Below are positions 10,011 through 22,690 of a DNA stretch of 64,000 nucleotides, piece by piece. The notes beneath the pieces are model-generated. The model ran no database searches. It saw only the letters and a program-made list of their open reading frames with translations, and had not been told where the DNA came from. The translations under genes and the position numbers were made by a program. How positions within the stretch are numbered: the stretch's first letter is position 1; each line of letters starts with the position of its first letter. Source of the DNA: Pseudomonadota bacterium (GTDB lineage Bacteria; Campylobacterota; Campylobacteria; Campylobacterales; Sulfurimonadaceae); the NCBI GenBank assembly GCA_043797085.1, contig JAZDQA010000007.1, forward strand, positions 64,001-128,000. The letters run 5' to 3'.

Positions 10011-10117
10011 AGGTAACATAAATTATTATTTTTTGTAATAAATATGTCATTTTAAGTTAAATAGCATGCTTTATGCAATATCATTGAGAGATTGACTAAA
10101 GTATAAAAACATACGGG

Positions 10118-10510
10118 GTGAAGATGAGTTCAGAACATGTATTAAAAGATACCGATTTTTTGGTATCACAAACCGATGAAAAGGGAAAAATCCTTTTTGC
10201 AAACGAAGATTTTTGTAAAGTTGCAGGGTATACACTGGATGAGTTGGTTGGAAAACCGCATAGTATTGTTCGTCATCGCGATATGCCTAAAGCGGCATTC
10301 AAAGATTTATGGGATACCGTCAAAAGCGGTAAAGTATGGACCGGTTACGTTAAAAATTCGACGAAAAGCGGAGGATTTTATTGGGTGTATGCTACCGTAT
10401 ATCCAAATATCGCGTGCGATAATGGGAATTGTGGATTTTTATCATGTCGTCGAAAAGCTTCTACGGATGAAATCGCCGAAGCAACTCGTTTGTATAAAAC
10501 GATGAGTTAA
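10118..10510 (+). CDS. Stand-alone PAS sensor (Aer/CetB-like)
   Basis: [26 protein letters not shown] motifs. Confidence 0.85.
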   Translation: MKMSSEHVLKDTDFLVSQTDEKGKILFANEDFCKVAGYTLDELVGKPHSIVRHRDMPKAAFKDLWDTVKSGKVWTGYVKNSTKSGGFYWVYATVYPNIACDNGNCGFLSCRRKASTDEIAEATRLYKTMS

Positions 10511-10520
10511 GGGAGATAAC

Positions 10521-11630
10521 ATGAACAATTCAATGAAAATAACTATTTTGGTCATTTTATCTGCTCTGGGTGTGTTAATAGGGCTTTTGACACAAAGTGT
10601 CGGTGCTCTTATCGGAGCACTTATTGTTACTCTTGTAACGGCTATATGGCTGATCGGTTCAACAAATGAGGGTGAATTAAAAATTCATGCTCAATTGGAT
10701 GCATTTTTGCAACTGATGCAGTTTAAACGTAATCGTATTCCCAAGATGGTTGGAGAAAGCGGAAGTACGGAAGCGAAATTAAATGCATTGGCGAGTGCGC
10801 ACGAAGAGATGCTGTTGCAAGATACTCTCGTTGCAGGAGAGATGGTTCTTTTAGCCGATAAGGTACGTCAAGGACATTATGCGTGCAGGGTAGGGAGTGA
10901 TTCTAAAACTCCTCATGTTCATTTGCTTCGAAAGACAATGAATAATATGCTGGATGCAACTGAGGCGAATTTAGACATGGCTATACGTGTTTTAGAGGAT
11001 CTTAGTGAGGGACATTTTAGCAAACGTGCTTCGGTCAATGTTGATGGAAAAATGGGCAAAATGCTCTCCAAAATTAATGATCTTGGAATAGCATTGGAAT
11101 CTATGGAACGCCAAAACAATGAAGCCAATGAAATTTTAGATAACAATACGAAAAATCTTAAGTCGACCATTGAAACTCTAAGATCGACAAAATTCGTTGA
11201 GCTTAACGGGATGATTAACTCTACCGTAGAGCGTATACAGCGTGTTGCAAGCAAAGAGCATGAACTTTCCGGAAATCTCCAAGCACTAGTTGGAAATGCG
11301 CAAGAGACCAAAGCGATTTTGGTAACCATCGGAGATATCGCCGATCAAACGAATCTTCTCGCATTGAACGCCGCCATCGAAGCAGCCCGTGCAGGTGAAC
11401 ATGGACGCGGATTTGCGGTTGTTGCGGATGAGGTACGAAAGCTTGCTGAACGTACCCAAAAATCTCTTTCCGAAATCTCTGCAACGATTAACGTATTGAT
11501 CCAAGCGATCAACGATAACAGCGAGTCATTGAACCAAAATATGGATGAGATGATGAATTTGACCGATTATGTCGGAACCGTTGATAAAAAAATGGATGAA
11601 CTTCTTGTCTCTATGGATTCTATGAGTTAA
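10521..11630 (+). CDS. Methyl-accepting chemotaxis protein (CetA-like)
   Basis: Two N-terminal TM helices; [40 protein letters not shown] signalling hairpin. Confidence 0.9.
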   Translation: MNNSMKITILVILSALGVLIGLLTQSVGALIGALIVTLVTAIWLIGSTNEGELKIHAQLDAFLQLMQFKRNRIPKMVGESGSTEAKLNALASAHEEMLLQDTLVAGEMVLLADKVRQGHYACRVGSDSKTPHVHLLRKTMNNMLDATEANLDMAIRVLEDLSEGHFSKRASVNVDGKMGKMLSKINDLGIALESMERQNNEANEILDNNTKNLKSTIETLRSTKFVELNGMINSTVERIQRVASKEHELSGNLQALVGNAQETKAILVTIGDIADQTNLLALNAAIEAARAGEHGRGFAVVADEVRKLAERTQKSLSEISATINVLIQAINDNSESLNQNMDEMMNLTDYVGTVDKKMDELLVSMDSMS

Positions 11631-11641
11631 CGAGTTTTAGT

Positions 11642-11665
11642 GCATCTCTTTTGATTAAGGGGTGC
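11642..11665 (+). terminator. Hairpin after the MCP gene
   Basis: gcatctctt-ttgatt-aaggggtgc stem with G:U pairs; weak U-tract. Confidence 0.4.
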
Positions 11666-11703
11666 CAATTCACTGCGCGTCTTTCCCCTTTTTTTAGTAT
11701 TAT

Positions 11704-14328
11704 ATGAAAAATTATTTATCGGGAACATTTATGCAACTTCCACAACCTATTTATTTTAACGACTACAAACCCAGCGATTACACGATTACATCGTGCCTTT
11801 TAGAATTTATTATTGACAACGGTTCGACCCGTGTGGATAATGTTATGGAAATCAAACGTCAAAATCCGGATGCCAAAGAGCTTCGACTTGACGGTGAGAT
11901 GATGGATATTGAGCTTTTATGGATCAATGACGAACTCTTTAGCGAAGAGATGTACGTCAAAGAAGAAAATTTTATCCTCCTTCCGCTCGATGCCGATGAA
12001 GCACGAATCCGCGTCATTACCCGTCTCTATCCCGATGACAACACTGCACTAGAAGGATTGTATCGTTCAGGGGGTATTTGGTGTACTCAAAATGAGCCTG
12101 AAGGATTCCGCCGTATCACCTACTTCATCGACCGACCCGATGTAATGACTCGCTTTACCACCAAAATTATTGCCAATCAAGCACTTTGCCCTATATTACT
12201 GGGAAATGGAAATCTTGTAGGAACGGCAACACTGGAAAATGGAAAACATCTTGCCATTTGGGAAGATCCTATCCCTAAACCTTCGTACCTTTTTGCCCTT
12301 GTCGCGGGTGATTTGGGGAGCATTCACGATACGTTTATCACGATGAGCGGTAAAAAAGTTGATTTGGCGATCTATTGCGACCGAGGAAATGAAGAGAAAT
12401 GCCACCACGCCATGCGCAGTTTGAAAAAAGCGATGACATGGGATGAAGAGACATACGGACGGGAGTACGATTTAAGCGTCTACAACATTGTTGCCGTGGA
12501 CAGTTTTAACATGGGGGCAATGGAAAACAAAGGATTGAACATCTTTAATTCCCATTATGTTTTAGCCGATGAGAACAGTGCAACCGACAGCGATTTTATG
12601 GGGATCGAGAGCGTTATCGCCCATGAGTATTTTCACAACTGGACGGGAAACCGTATTACGTGCCGAAACTGGTTTGAACTGACGCTCAAAGAAGGTCTGA
12701 CGGTCTTTAGAGACCAATGTTTCAGCGCCGATATGAACTCGCAGCTCATCGGGCGTATTGATGATGTTCAATCACTTCGTGAGCGACAGTTTGTCGAAGA
12801 TGCGGGTCCCACTGCCCATCCCATCAAACCCGATCACTTTATCGAGATCAACAACTTTTACACGGCAACGATTTATGAAAAAGGTGCCGAAGTGATTCGG
12901 ATGCTGTATACGCTGTTGGGGTACGAGAAATTCCGACTCGCGATGGACACCTATTTTGAACACTTTGATGGTCAAGCCGTAGGAACAGAGGAATTTTTAT
13001 GGGCGATGCAAACGCAAAGTCCTCTGGATTTAACCCAGTTTAAACGATGGTATTCTCAAGAGCGTACCCCAACTCTCAAAATATCGAGCTATTACGATGC
13101 CGTCGCACAAACTATGACATTGACGATCACGCAAAGCATCCCCAAAGACACCCAAGGGCGTGAACAACTTCCGTATGCGTTTCCTTTGGCGCTTGGATTG
13201 CTAGACAGTTTAGGCGGGGATATATCGCTAAAAAGTACCAATGCTGTGATGATTCATGCGGGGATTGTGTGGATTGATCAAGCAATCAGCACTCTTGTAT
13301 TTAATGAGGTTAATGAAGCTCCAAAACTCTCTCTTAATCGTCATTTTAGCACTCCGGTCAAAATAGAGTGCGAAGAGTTGGATTACCCCTTTTTGATGGC
13401 GATGGACAGTGATGGATTTGTAGGCTATGAAGCGTCACAGGTTTTCGGGATGGAAACCATCGAAAAAATGATGAAGGGCGAATCGATCAATCCACAATTT
13501 GTAAAAGCCTACGGAGTGATTTTGTCTGATGCGTCGTTGGAGCCGATGTTTAAAGCACAGCTACTAGGATTACCTAGCATTAGCACAATGATGCAGCGCC
13601 AAGAGATTTTGGACGTTGATGCGATTCATACGGCGCTTGAAACACTTAAAAAATATTTGGCATCACACTACAAAGAGAAAATTATCACTCAGATGGAAAC
13701 CCAGTATGAACCGTTTAACGGGGAGATAGACGCACTAAGCATGGCGTCACGAGCACTAAAAAATCGTTATCTAGGACTTCTTATGAGTCTTGAAGACGAA
13801 TCCATTTCCAAAATATGTACAACGCATTACAAAGAATCGGTTAATATGACGAGTCGTTTAGCCACATTGGATTTACTTGAAAATTATGCTCCGCAGTTGG
13901 CGCTTGAGGCATTAAGCGATTTTTATCAAAAACATTCTCATGAAACCTTGGTAATGAACAAATATTTTTCCCTTCTTTCGTCTTCACGACGAGAGGGGAC
14001 GCTAGAGCGTGTTATTGCCTTACAAAACAACGCTGCCTACGATATGAAAGTCCCAAATTTAGTACGTGCACTTATCGGAAGTTTTGCCCGTAATGCCGTT
14101 GCATTTCATCATGTTTCAGGAAGAGGGTATACGTTTGTTGCAGACAAAGTGATTGAAATAGATGCCTTTAACCCTCAAATCGCTTCGGGGCTTGCAGGAG
14201 CGTTTAAAAGTTACGGGAAACTTTCACCGTTGCAAAAAGCAAAAATGGGGATTGAACTGGAACGGATCAAAAATCATCCGAATCTCTCGAATAATGTCTA
14301 TGAAATTGTTTCGAAGATTTTACAGTAA
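11704..14328 (+). CDS. pepN: Aminopeptidase N (start may be 11731)
   Basis: GAMENKGLN and HEYFHNWTGNR..LKEG zinc motifs. Confidence 0.96.
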   Translation: MKNYLSGTFMQLPQPIYFNDYKPSDYTITSCLLEFIIDNGSTRVDNVMEIKRQNPDAKELRLDGEMMDIELLWINDELFSEEMYVKEENFILLPLDADEARIRVITRLYPDDNTALEGLYRSGGIWCTQNEPEGFRRITYFIDRPDVMTRFTTKIIANQALCPILLGNGNLVGTATLENGKHLAIWEDPIPKPSYLFALVAGDLGSIHDTFITMSGKKVDLAIYCDRGNEEKCHHAMRSLKKAMTWDEETYGREYDLSVYNIVAVDSFNMGAMENKGLNIFNSHYVLADENSATDSDFMGIESVIAHEYFHNWTGNRITCRNWFELTLKEGLTVFRDQCFSADMNSQLIGRIDDVQSLRERQFVEDAGPTAHPIKPDHFIEINNFYTATIYEKGAEVIRMLYTLLGYEKFRLAMDTYFEHFDGQAVGTEEFLWAMQTQSPLDLTQFKRWYSQERTPTLKISSYYDAVAQTMTLTITQSIPKDTQGREQLPYAFPLALGLLDSLGGDISLKSTNAVMIHAGIVWIDQAISTLVFNEVNEAPKLSLNRHFSTPVKIECEELDYPFLMAMDSDGFVGYEASQVFGMETIEKMMKGESINPQFVKAYGVILSDASLEPMFKAQLLGLPSISTMMQRQEILDVDAIHTALETLKKYLASHYKEKIITQMETQYEPFNGEIDALSMASRALKNRYLGLLMSLEDESISKICTTHYKESVNMTSRLATLDLLENYAPQLALEALSDFYQKHSHETLVMNKYFSLLSSSRREGTLERVIALQNNAAYDMKVPNLVRALIGSFARNAVAFHHVSGRGYTFVADKVIEIDAFNPQIASGLAGAFKSYGKLSPLQKAKMGIELERIKNHPNLSNNVYEIVSKILQ

Positions 14329-14338
14329 GCTAATAAAC

Positions 14339-15898
14339 CTAATCATATTGAGTTAAATTTTTAAGCATTTGCTTGAAAATTATTTTATGAATAAAATAAA
14401 GAGTGTACCAATAGAGGTATCCAAACAACCCTTCAGGATCAAAATAGGGTCGCATAATAAACAGCGCTTCATCGGTTTGTTCTATTTGTTCGATTGAAAA
14501 TTGAAGCCAAACATTCCCCGGTGTTTTCATATTGGCTTTGAGTCGCAAAACTTTGCGATTGGTTTTGTTGATGTAGTAGGTTACAACCCAAAAATCGATT
14601 CTATCCCCAACACGCATAAGTTTTGGAGATCGTCGTGCCCAATTGTTGAGTCCTGGACCTCCCAATAAAGTATCAATAAAACCACGTATTTTCCATAAGT
14701 AGGATAAAGAGTAATAGCCGTTTTTTCCTCCGATCCCTTTAACGCGATTAAAAATTAAATCGGCTTTATCCATGGGAATTTTTTTTGAATATTCATCAAA
14801 AATAAGACCATTTCTTGCTTGTGACGTTATAAATCCAAGTTGTTTTTTTGTTTTTTCATTCAGTACCGATATCTCATAAGGGGTGTCCCATGAGCTGTTT
14901 ATGTAACCCTCTTCGCTGCGCTGCGAAGCAATAATAATAGCATCATCGAGTGATGTGATTTTGATTTTAGGGTCTTTGTCGATTTTTGAAACCGGAAACT
15001 CTTCAACGACGGCATCACAATATGCTCCAGCGATGAGTCGATAGATTAGAATATAGGGCATACCCGACATGCGAGCAGCAAACCAGCTGATCACCTTGGG
15101 CGTTAACCATAGGCTTGCAAACGGGATAGGGATGAGATGCATTTTTTTTTGTAATGTTAGCTTGACATATCGCATAACAATATCACTGTATTGAAGGTCT
15201 TCGCCACATCCAATTTCGACGATTTGTCCATGATAAAGAGGGTTACACAAGGCATGGATTAAATAGTCTATGACATCATTAACAAAGATAGGTTGGCAGA
15301 ACCCTTCTTCTTTTCCTAAATCAGGGATAAAAGGGAGCTTGTCTCCCAGAGCACGAATCAGCTCAAAACTGGCCGATCCCTCACCTATGATAACACCGGC
15401 ACGAAATTCTGTGACACAATCATGGCGAAGACGCAAGTGCTGCGCGGTTTCCTGCCTGCTTTTAAGATGTTTAGAGAGAGGTTTGTCGGGTCTGTCTATT
15501 CCCAGTCCCCCGAGATAGATAATTTGTTTGACCCCTGCTTCTTTGGATACGGATGCTACAAGTTCAGCTAAACGATTGTCGAGATTTAAAAAGTTTTCTG
15601 CTTCGGTAGTTAACGAATGAATGAAGTAATATACGGCATCTACCCCGCGTAAGAGTTCGCGAATATTGTGATGTTCTTTCTCTTCAATGTCGATGGAAGC
15701 GATGCATATTCTCGTCTTGGTATGTTCAAATAAGGCACATTCTTCATTAATAAAAGACATTTTTCGTGACTCACGTACAAAAATGGTTACGTAATGACCA
15801 AGATTGTAAAGCTCCATCAATACTTTCGTACCAATGTAGCCTGTCGCTCCAAAAATAGCGATATGTTTAAGCTTGCTGGGTTGTGATTCATTTGGCAT
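14339..15898 (-). CDS. YbjT-like NAD(P)-binding SDR protein with DUF2867 C-terminus
   Basis: GATGYIG Rossmann motif, LSKHLKSR, GDRIDFW, GYLYWY; AGGAGG RBS before ATG 15898. Confidence 0.8.
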   Translation of the reverse strand: MPNESQPSKLKHIAIFGATGYIGTKVLMELYNLGHYVTIFVRESRKMSFINEECALFEHTKTRICIASIDIEEKEHHNIRELLRGVDAVYYFIHSLTTEAENFLNLDNRLAELVASVSKEAGVKQIIYLGGLGIDRPDKPLSKHLKSRQETAQHLRLRHDCVTEFRAGVIIGEGSASFELIRALGDKLPFIPDLGKEEGFCQPIFVNDVIDYLIHALCNPLYHGQIVEIGCGEDLQYSDIVMRYVKLTLQKKMHLIPIPFASLWLTPKVISWFAARMSGMPYILIYRLIAGAYCDAVVEEFPVSKIDKDPKIKITSLDDAIIIASQRSEEGYINSSWDTPYEISVLNEKTKKQLGFITSQARNGLIFDEYSKKIPMDKADLIFNRVKGIGGKNGYYSLSYLWKIRGFIDTLLGGPGLNNWARRSPKLMRVGDRIDFWVVTYYINKTNRKVLRLKANMKTPGNVWLQFSIEQIEQTDEALFIMRPYFDPEGLFGYLYWYTLYFIHKIIFKQMLKNLTQYD

Positions 15899-16062
15899 TA
15901 GAAGACGCCTCCTGTTTTTTATACTTGTCAATATGTAATCATAGTCCATGTATATGACTGATGGGTTAACTGCCCTTGATGCAGAAAATTTTATCATTTA
16001 CTTTTTAGTATTAAAATCCAAGTAAGTAGAATGGTTCTACGCTGATATTCATTTTTCAATAG

Positions 16063-18279
<2,217 letters not shown>

Positions 18280-18421
18280 TTTTACTGTCAAGATTATCGT
18301 TAAAATGACGTATAAATTAAATATTTATAATTACTTTTAGCATTATTTATCTTTATTCCTTTAAATAAAGTTTGACAAAGAATCCGATATACTTATGATT
18401 ATTATAATGTAAAGGATTGTT

Positions 18422-19504
18422 GTGATTAAAATTTTACCAACGATTGGGATGCTTTTTATCGCATCACTCTCATTGTGGGCCAACTCCTCAAAAGAGTGTG
18501 TGCAATGTCACAGTTCCATCGTAAAAGAGTGGGAAACATCGGCGCATGCCATGGCGCACAGCAGTAAAAATGAACTGTATGCCAAAATGGTTGCCGGTGC
18601 TGCAAAAACCAACGGTGTTGAGCCTGCTAAAATAATGGAAAACTGTAATATTTGTCACGCACCCGCTGAGGATATTAAAGTTAAAGAAGAGGGTGTGGCC
18701 TGCGTTGCGTGCCATAGAATCGATGCGATAGAACATCAAAACAAAAGCAAACCCCCAATCGGTATGAATACCATTCGCTGGATGAAAGAAAACGTTATGG
18801 CAGGTCCTAGCGGAACAGGTAATTCTCCGTATCATGGGATTGTAAAACGTCCTTTCATGGAAGCAAACAGTGATACATTGTGTCTGGCGTGTCATAACGT
18901 GATGAAAAACAAGCAAGACATAGCTGTGTGCAATACGGGGGATGAACATCGCCGCGGCACAACCCAAAATACCTGTATCGAATGCCACATGGGCGATACA
19001 AAAATGGGACTCGTCTCTTCGCTTTCGACCTCCAAAAAGATGATGCGCTCTCATGGATTTCACGGTGCACGCAACAGTGAAATTTTGACCAAAGCGGTTG
19101 ATTTGAAACTTGCCAAAAAGAATGCTGATTTAACTCTAACGCTTACCAATCTCTCAAGCCACAATTTTCCGACGGGCACAGGCGTACGCATCGCTATGGT
19201 TGTCAGTGAGTTTTACAAAGGCAATGTAAAAATTTCCACGCAAACCGAAAAACTGGAAGTTATTTTTGCAGCAGCTGATGGCAACATAACCCTCCCTCCA
19301 ATGGCAAGTAAAGAACTAAGCGATACCCGTCTCAAACCTAATGAAGTTCGCATATTGGGCATCGTTATTCCAAAAGGAAGTACACACGCGGTTGTAACGA
19401 TCAATTATAGATTGGCAAAAGAGTCAATCGTCGAGAAATTTCAACTGAGTGACGAGAGGTTTAAGAAAGAGTATCGGGTCGTATCAAAAAAGATCAAACT
19501 TTAA
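18422..19504 (+). CDS. Periplasmic pentaheme cytochrome c (c554-like N-terminus)
   Basis: Signal peptide; five CxxCH motifs (CVQCH, CNICH, CVACH, CLACH, CIECH); HNFPTG motif. Confidence 0.85.
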   Translation: MIKILPTIGMLFIASLSLWANSSKECVQCHSSIVKEWETSAHAMAHSSKNELYAKMVAGAAKTNGVEPAKIMENCNICHAPAEDIKVKEEGVACVACHRIDAIEHQNKSKPPIGMNTIRWMKENVMAGPSGTGNSPYHGIVKRPFMEANSDTLCLACHNVMKNKQDIAVCNTGDEHRRGTTQNTCIECHMGDTKMGLVSSLSTSKKMMRSHGFHGARNSEILTKAVDLKLAKKNADLTLTLTNLSSHNFPTGTGVRIAMVVSEFYKGNVKISTQTEKLEVIFAAADGNITLPPMASKELSDTRLKPNEVRILGIVIPKGSTHAVVTINYRLAKESIVEKFQLSDERFKKEYRVVSKKIKL

Positions 19505-19522
19505 TGCCTCTTGAATAAGGCA
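19505..19522. terminator. Hairpin between convergent genes
   Basis: tgcct-cttgaata-aggca between the cytochrome c stop and the small cyd ORF stop. Confidence 0.45.
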
Positions 19523-19535
19523 TAAAGAATTTATT

Positions 19536-19703
19536 TTATAACGATGAATTGGCTTTTTGCTGCAATGAAGCGTGTTGGATTTCCAACTCTTCAAGCCGTT
19601 CCATTTTTTGGTAATGGCGCAGGTTTAAGGTGGTAAATTTGTAGCCTAAAAAGATGATCAAAGGCCAAAGCCCCAACCATAGAAATGCTTCGATGTATTC
19701 CAT
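19536..19703 (-). CDS. Unannotated 55-aa single-TM protein, probable cytochrome bd small subunit
   Basis: AGGAG RBS; MEYIEAFLWLGLWPLIIFLGYKFTTLNLRHYQKMERLEELEIQHASLQQKANSSL; follows cydB on the same strand. Confidence 0.75.
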   Translation of the reverse strand: MEYIEAFLWLGLWPLIIFLGYKFTTLNLRHYQKMERLEELEIQHASLQQKANSSL

Positions 19704-19837
19704 AATATTCTCCTAGTAAAGTTCTGTCTTGAAGAAGCAATCTCCCTCATCCGGAAGATGTGGGTAGCTTCAGGGGATTGTAGGGACATTTGTCCCTGCC
19801 ACTTTTTGGGCTTTGCTCGAAAAGTGTCTAACATCAA

Positions 19838-20950
19838 TTAGTAGCTAAATGGATCGTTTTTGATCTCATCATGAGTGATAGGGCGAGCCATCGCTCTCCA
19901 AACGACTACAATATACCCTAATACGACAGGAACGAATAAAGAGACATATCCCATAACTGTTAAGGTGTATCGGCTGCCTGAACTGTTTGCCGTGGTCAAT
20001 GAACTTTGAATATCGACGTACGATGGATAAAAAGGTGCGCTTCCTACTCCCGTAGAAAAAAGAAGGGCAAAAACCATCAATACCGTTCCGGCAGCGGCAC
20101 ACCAGAATCCCGATTTTTTAGCTCTTATTCCTCCGAGAAGAAAAAGTCCCAATCCGATGACAAAAGGGGCTAGAACACTTATAGGATAGGTCATAAAGGT
20201 ATGAAAATAGCGATTCATTTCGATTAACACTCGATTATTTTCTACCATAAGTCCCGGAATGATAAAAATCCATGTAGCATACGCCGCTAAAGCAGCAACC
20301 GTGACGAGCATCTCAATGTGGAGCTTTTTGAGTGTTGAGCGTCTGATTTCATCCTCTTCAACGCTGTTAAGAATATACAACATTCCTAAAATACGTGAGA
20401 GCATCATTACGCTCACTCCTCCCAAAAGATTAAAAGGGATTAGTAATGCTTCAAGACCTCGCGTTGCAACCATCCAGTGTGACAGGTTCGTATCGTCCAC
20501 GATAAATGCTCCCCCTGAAAACATCGTAGAGATAATGACACCGATCAAAAAGGGAGCAAGATAGCCGTTGATACTCAAAAAAGTTTCGTACAAGCGTGAA
20601 CCGTAGACATTCCCTTTTTTAGTTCGGTATTCATACGAAACGGCTTGGATGATATAAGAGAACAATAGCGTCATCCATGCGAAATACGCGCCTCCGAAAC
20701 TCACGGCATAAAAGAGTGGAAACGCCGCGAAAACAGCACCTCCGAAAAGAACAAGGGTCGTAAAGCCAAGTTCCCATTTGCGTCCGAAAACATTGTAAAG
20801 CAAAGTTTTATCCGCTTCATTTTTGGCAATGGAGGGGATTAGAGCCTGACCTCCTTGAACAAACAGCATCATCGCTAAAAATCCGCCCAAGAGGGAGACA
20901 ATCCCCCACCAGTAATTTTGAAGCCATAGCAGTTCCCACGTCTCAAACAT
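19838..20950 (-). CDS. cydB: Cytochrome bd ubiquinol oxidase subunit II
   Basis: GRKWELGFTTLVLFGGAVFAAFP motif; multi-TM; coupled to cydA. Confidence 0.95.
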   Translation of the reverse strand: MFETWELLWLQNYWWGIVSLLGGFLAMMLFVQGGQALIPSIAKNEADKTLLYNVFGRKWELGFTTLVLFGGAVFAAFPLFYAVSFGGAYFAWMTLLFSYIIQAVSYEYRTKKGNVYGSRLYETFLSINGYLAPFLIGVIISTMFSGGAFIVDDTNLSHWMVATRGLEALLIPFNLLGGVSVMMLSRILGMLYILNSVEEDEIRRSTLKKLHIEMLVTVAALAAYATWIFIIPGLMVENNRVLIEMNRYFHTFMTYPISVLAPFVIGLGLFLLGGIRAKKSGFWCAAAGTVLMVFALLFSTGVGSAPFYPSYVDIQSSLTTANSSGSRYTLTVMGYVSLFVPVVLGYIVVVWRAMARPITHDEIKNDPFSY

Positions 20951-22481
20951 GATCGTCTCCTTTTTCGGCAATGTGCGGTCCATTGGCTATCGCCGACATC
21001 ATAATCTTTATCTCTGCAATTAACAGCGTCGTAAAGAGGATGGCAAACGCCCAAAAGGTAATTTTAACTGTCATAGTACTCAGGGCACTTACCCCTTTCA
21101 TCGTGGGGAGAAGGTCTTGGATAACCCACGGTTGACGTCCCACTTCAGCAACAATCCATCCCGCTTCGCACGCAACAAATCCAAGCGGAATGGACATAAA
21201 GGTAATCCATAACGCCCAGTGTGTATTGATGAGTTCATTGGTCATTGAAAGATACAACAGAACGATAAATAAAACGATAAAAAAGGAGCCCAGTCCGACC
21301 ATTACGTGGAAACTGTAAAAGGTCAATGCGATGGGGGGAACCGTTTGAAGCGCATCGGTGAAATGACCGTAGCCCATGTACGATTGGTTTGCATCAAACG
21401 CTTTTAAACTTGCTTCTGCGTCAGCGGTATTGTTCGATTTCTTGGCTTCATGGTAGGCATCTAAATCACTCAATGCCGCACGTCCTCGTTGTATTTTCTC
21501 ATCGGCACTCATAATACCGAACTTTTCATTGCCATTGATGAGATCATTGATCCCTGGAACAAAAGCGTTAATGTCGTGGTATCCTAGAAGTGAGAGGGCA
21601 TAGGGTATTTGAATGTCTCCGTAAAACTCCGGAAGATCATCACCCACTTTTTTATCCGGATTTAAAATTCCAAATGCAACAATCCCTGCACGCCCTTCAC
21701 CCTCATAAAGCCCTTCCATTGCCGCAAGTTTCATCGGCTGTTTTTGAGCCACTTGATGTGCAGATTCATCACCGCTTAAAAGTAAAAAGAGAGATGCAAA
21801 GAGTCCAAAAGAAGAAGCGACGATAATGCTGCGGCGGGCAAACTGTGTTTCGCGTCCACGGATCAAAAACCATGCAGAAACGCCGACGACGAAAACAGCA
21901 GCGGTTACATATCCACCGCCGATGGTATGGAGAAATTTGGCAACGGCAACCGGAGAGAAGATCACTTCCCAAAAGTTCCCCATCTCATAGCGCATCGAAT
22001 CGGGATTAAAATTCATCCCAACGGGATGCTGCATCCAGCCGTTTGCGACTAGAATCCACAATGCCGAGAGATTGGTTCCGATGGCAACCAGCCAAGCGGA
22101 TGTGAGGTGAAATCCTTTTGAGACGCGGTTCCACCCGAAGAAAAGAACAACAAAAAAAGTCGATTCGAGAAAAAAAGCAAAAATCCCCTCGATTGCCAGC
22201 GGTGCGCCGAAAATGTCCCCGACGATCCACGAGTACGCTGCCCAGTTGGTTCCAAACTCGAACTCCATGATAAGACCAGTTGCAACGCCGATAACGAAGT
22301 TGATTCCGAAAAGTTTGACCCAAAACTTGGTCGTAGAGAGCCATTTCTCATCCCCTGTTTTGACGTAAATCGTTTCCATAATGGCAACAAGAAAAGAGAG
22401 TCCAAGCGTGAGCGGAACAAATAAAAAGTGGTAAATTGCCGTTAACGCAAACTGCGCACGCGACCAGTCGATGAGATCCAT
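20943..22481 (-). CDS. cydA: Cytochrome bd ubiquinol oxidase subunit I
   Basis: SRAQFALTAIYHFLFVP, EFEFGTNW, QPMKLAAMEG, EVGRQPW. Confidence 0.97.
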   Translation of the reverse strand: MDLIDWSRAQFALTAIYHFLFVPLTLGLSFLVAIMETIYVKTGDEKWLSTTKFWVKLFGINFVIGVATGLIMEFEFGTNWAAYSWIVGDIFGAPLAIEGIFAFFLESTFFVVLFFGWNRVSKGFHLTSAWLVAIGTNLSALWILVANGWMQHPVGMNFNPDSMRYEMGNFWEVIFSPVAVAKFLHTIGGGYVTAAVFVVGVSAWFLIRGRETQFARRSIIVASSFGLFASLFLLLSGDESAHQVAQKQPMKLAAMEGLYEGEGRAGIVAFGILNPDKKVGDDLPEFYGDIQIPYALSLLGYHDINAFVPGINDLINGNEKFGIMSADEKIQRGRAALSDLDAYHEAKKSNNTADAEASLKAFDANQSYMGYGHFTDALQTVPPIALTFYSFHVMVGLGSFFIVLFIVLLYLSMTNELINTHWALWITFMSIPLGFVACEAGWIVAEVGRQPWVIQDLLPTMKGVSALSTMTVKITFWAFAILFTTLLIAEIKIMMSAIANGPHIAEKGDDHV

Positions 22482-22496
22482 GGTACGGTTCCTTTG

Positions 22497-22688
22497 TTAG
22501 GGATTAAAGGTTTCTGCAATTCGTGCAGGAGCCTCTTGCGGAGCATTTTTATAAGGGTTGTCCGAAAAAAATTGAAAAAGTCCCCAGATGATGATGAGTT
22601 TAAGAACGAGTACCATCATCAGCTTATTTTTAAGGTTCATCGCGCGCCATAAATCACGATACATGGATGCGATAGACTCCAGTTTCAT
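22497..22688 (-). CDS. DUF4492-like small membrane protein (cydA-associated)
   Basis: Y.D.W..M....KL...LVLKLIII pattern, one TM, immediately upstream of cydA. Confidence 0.7.
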   Translation of the reverse strand: MKLESIASMYRDLWRAMNLKNKLMMVLVLKLIIIWGLFQFFSDNPYKNAPQEAPARIAETFNP

Positions 22689-22690
22689 AC

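Noticed and set aside
15142..15151. Poly-T tract as a phase-variation site
   Set aside because: Reading frame is intact (Lys codons on the minus strand) and A/T runs are common here
16041..16062. Possible Fur/PerR box upstream of katG (tgatattcatttttcaa)
   Set aside because: Only a partial match in AT-rich DNA; cannot be told from chance by eye
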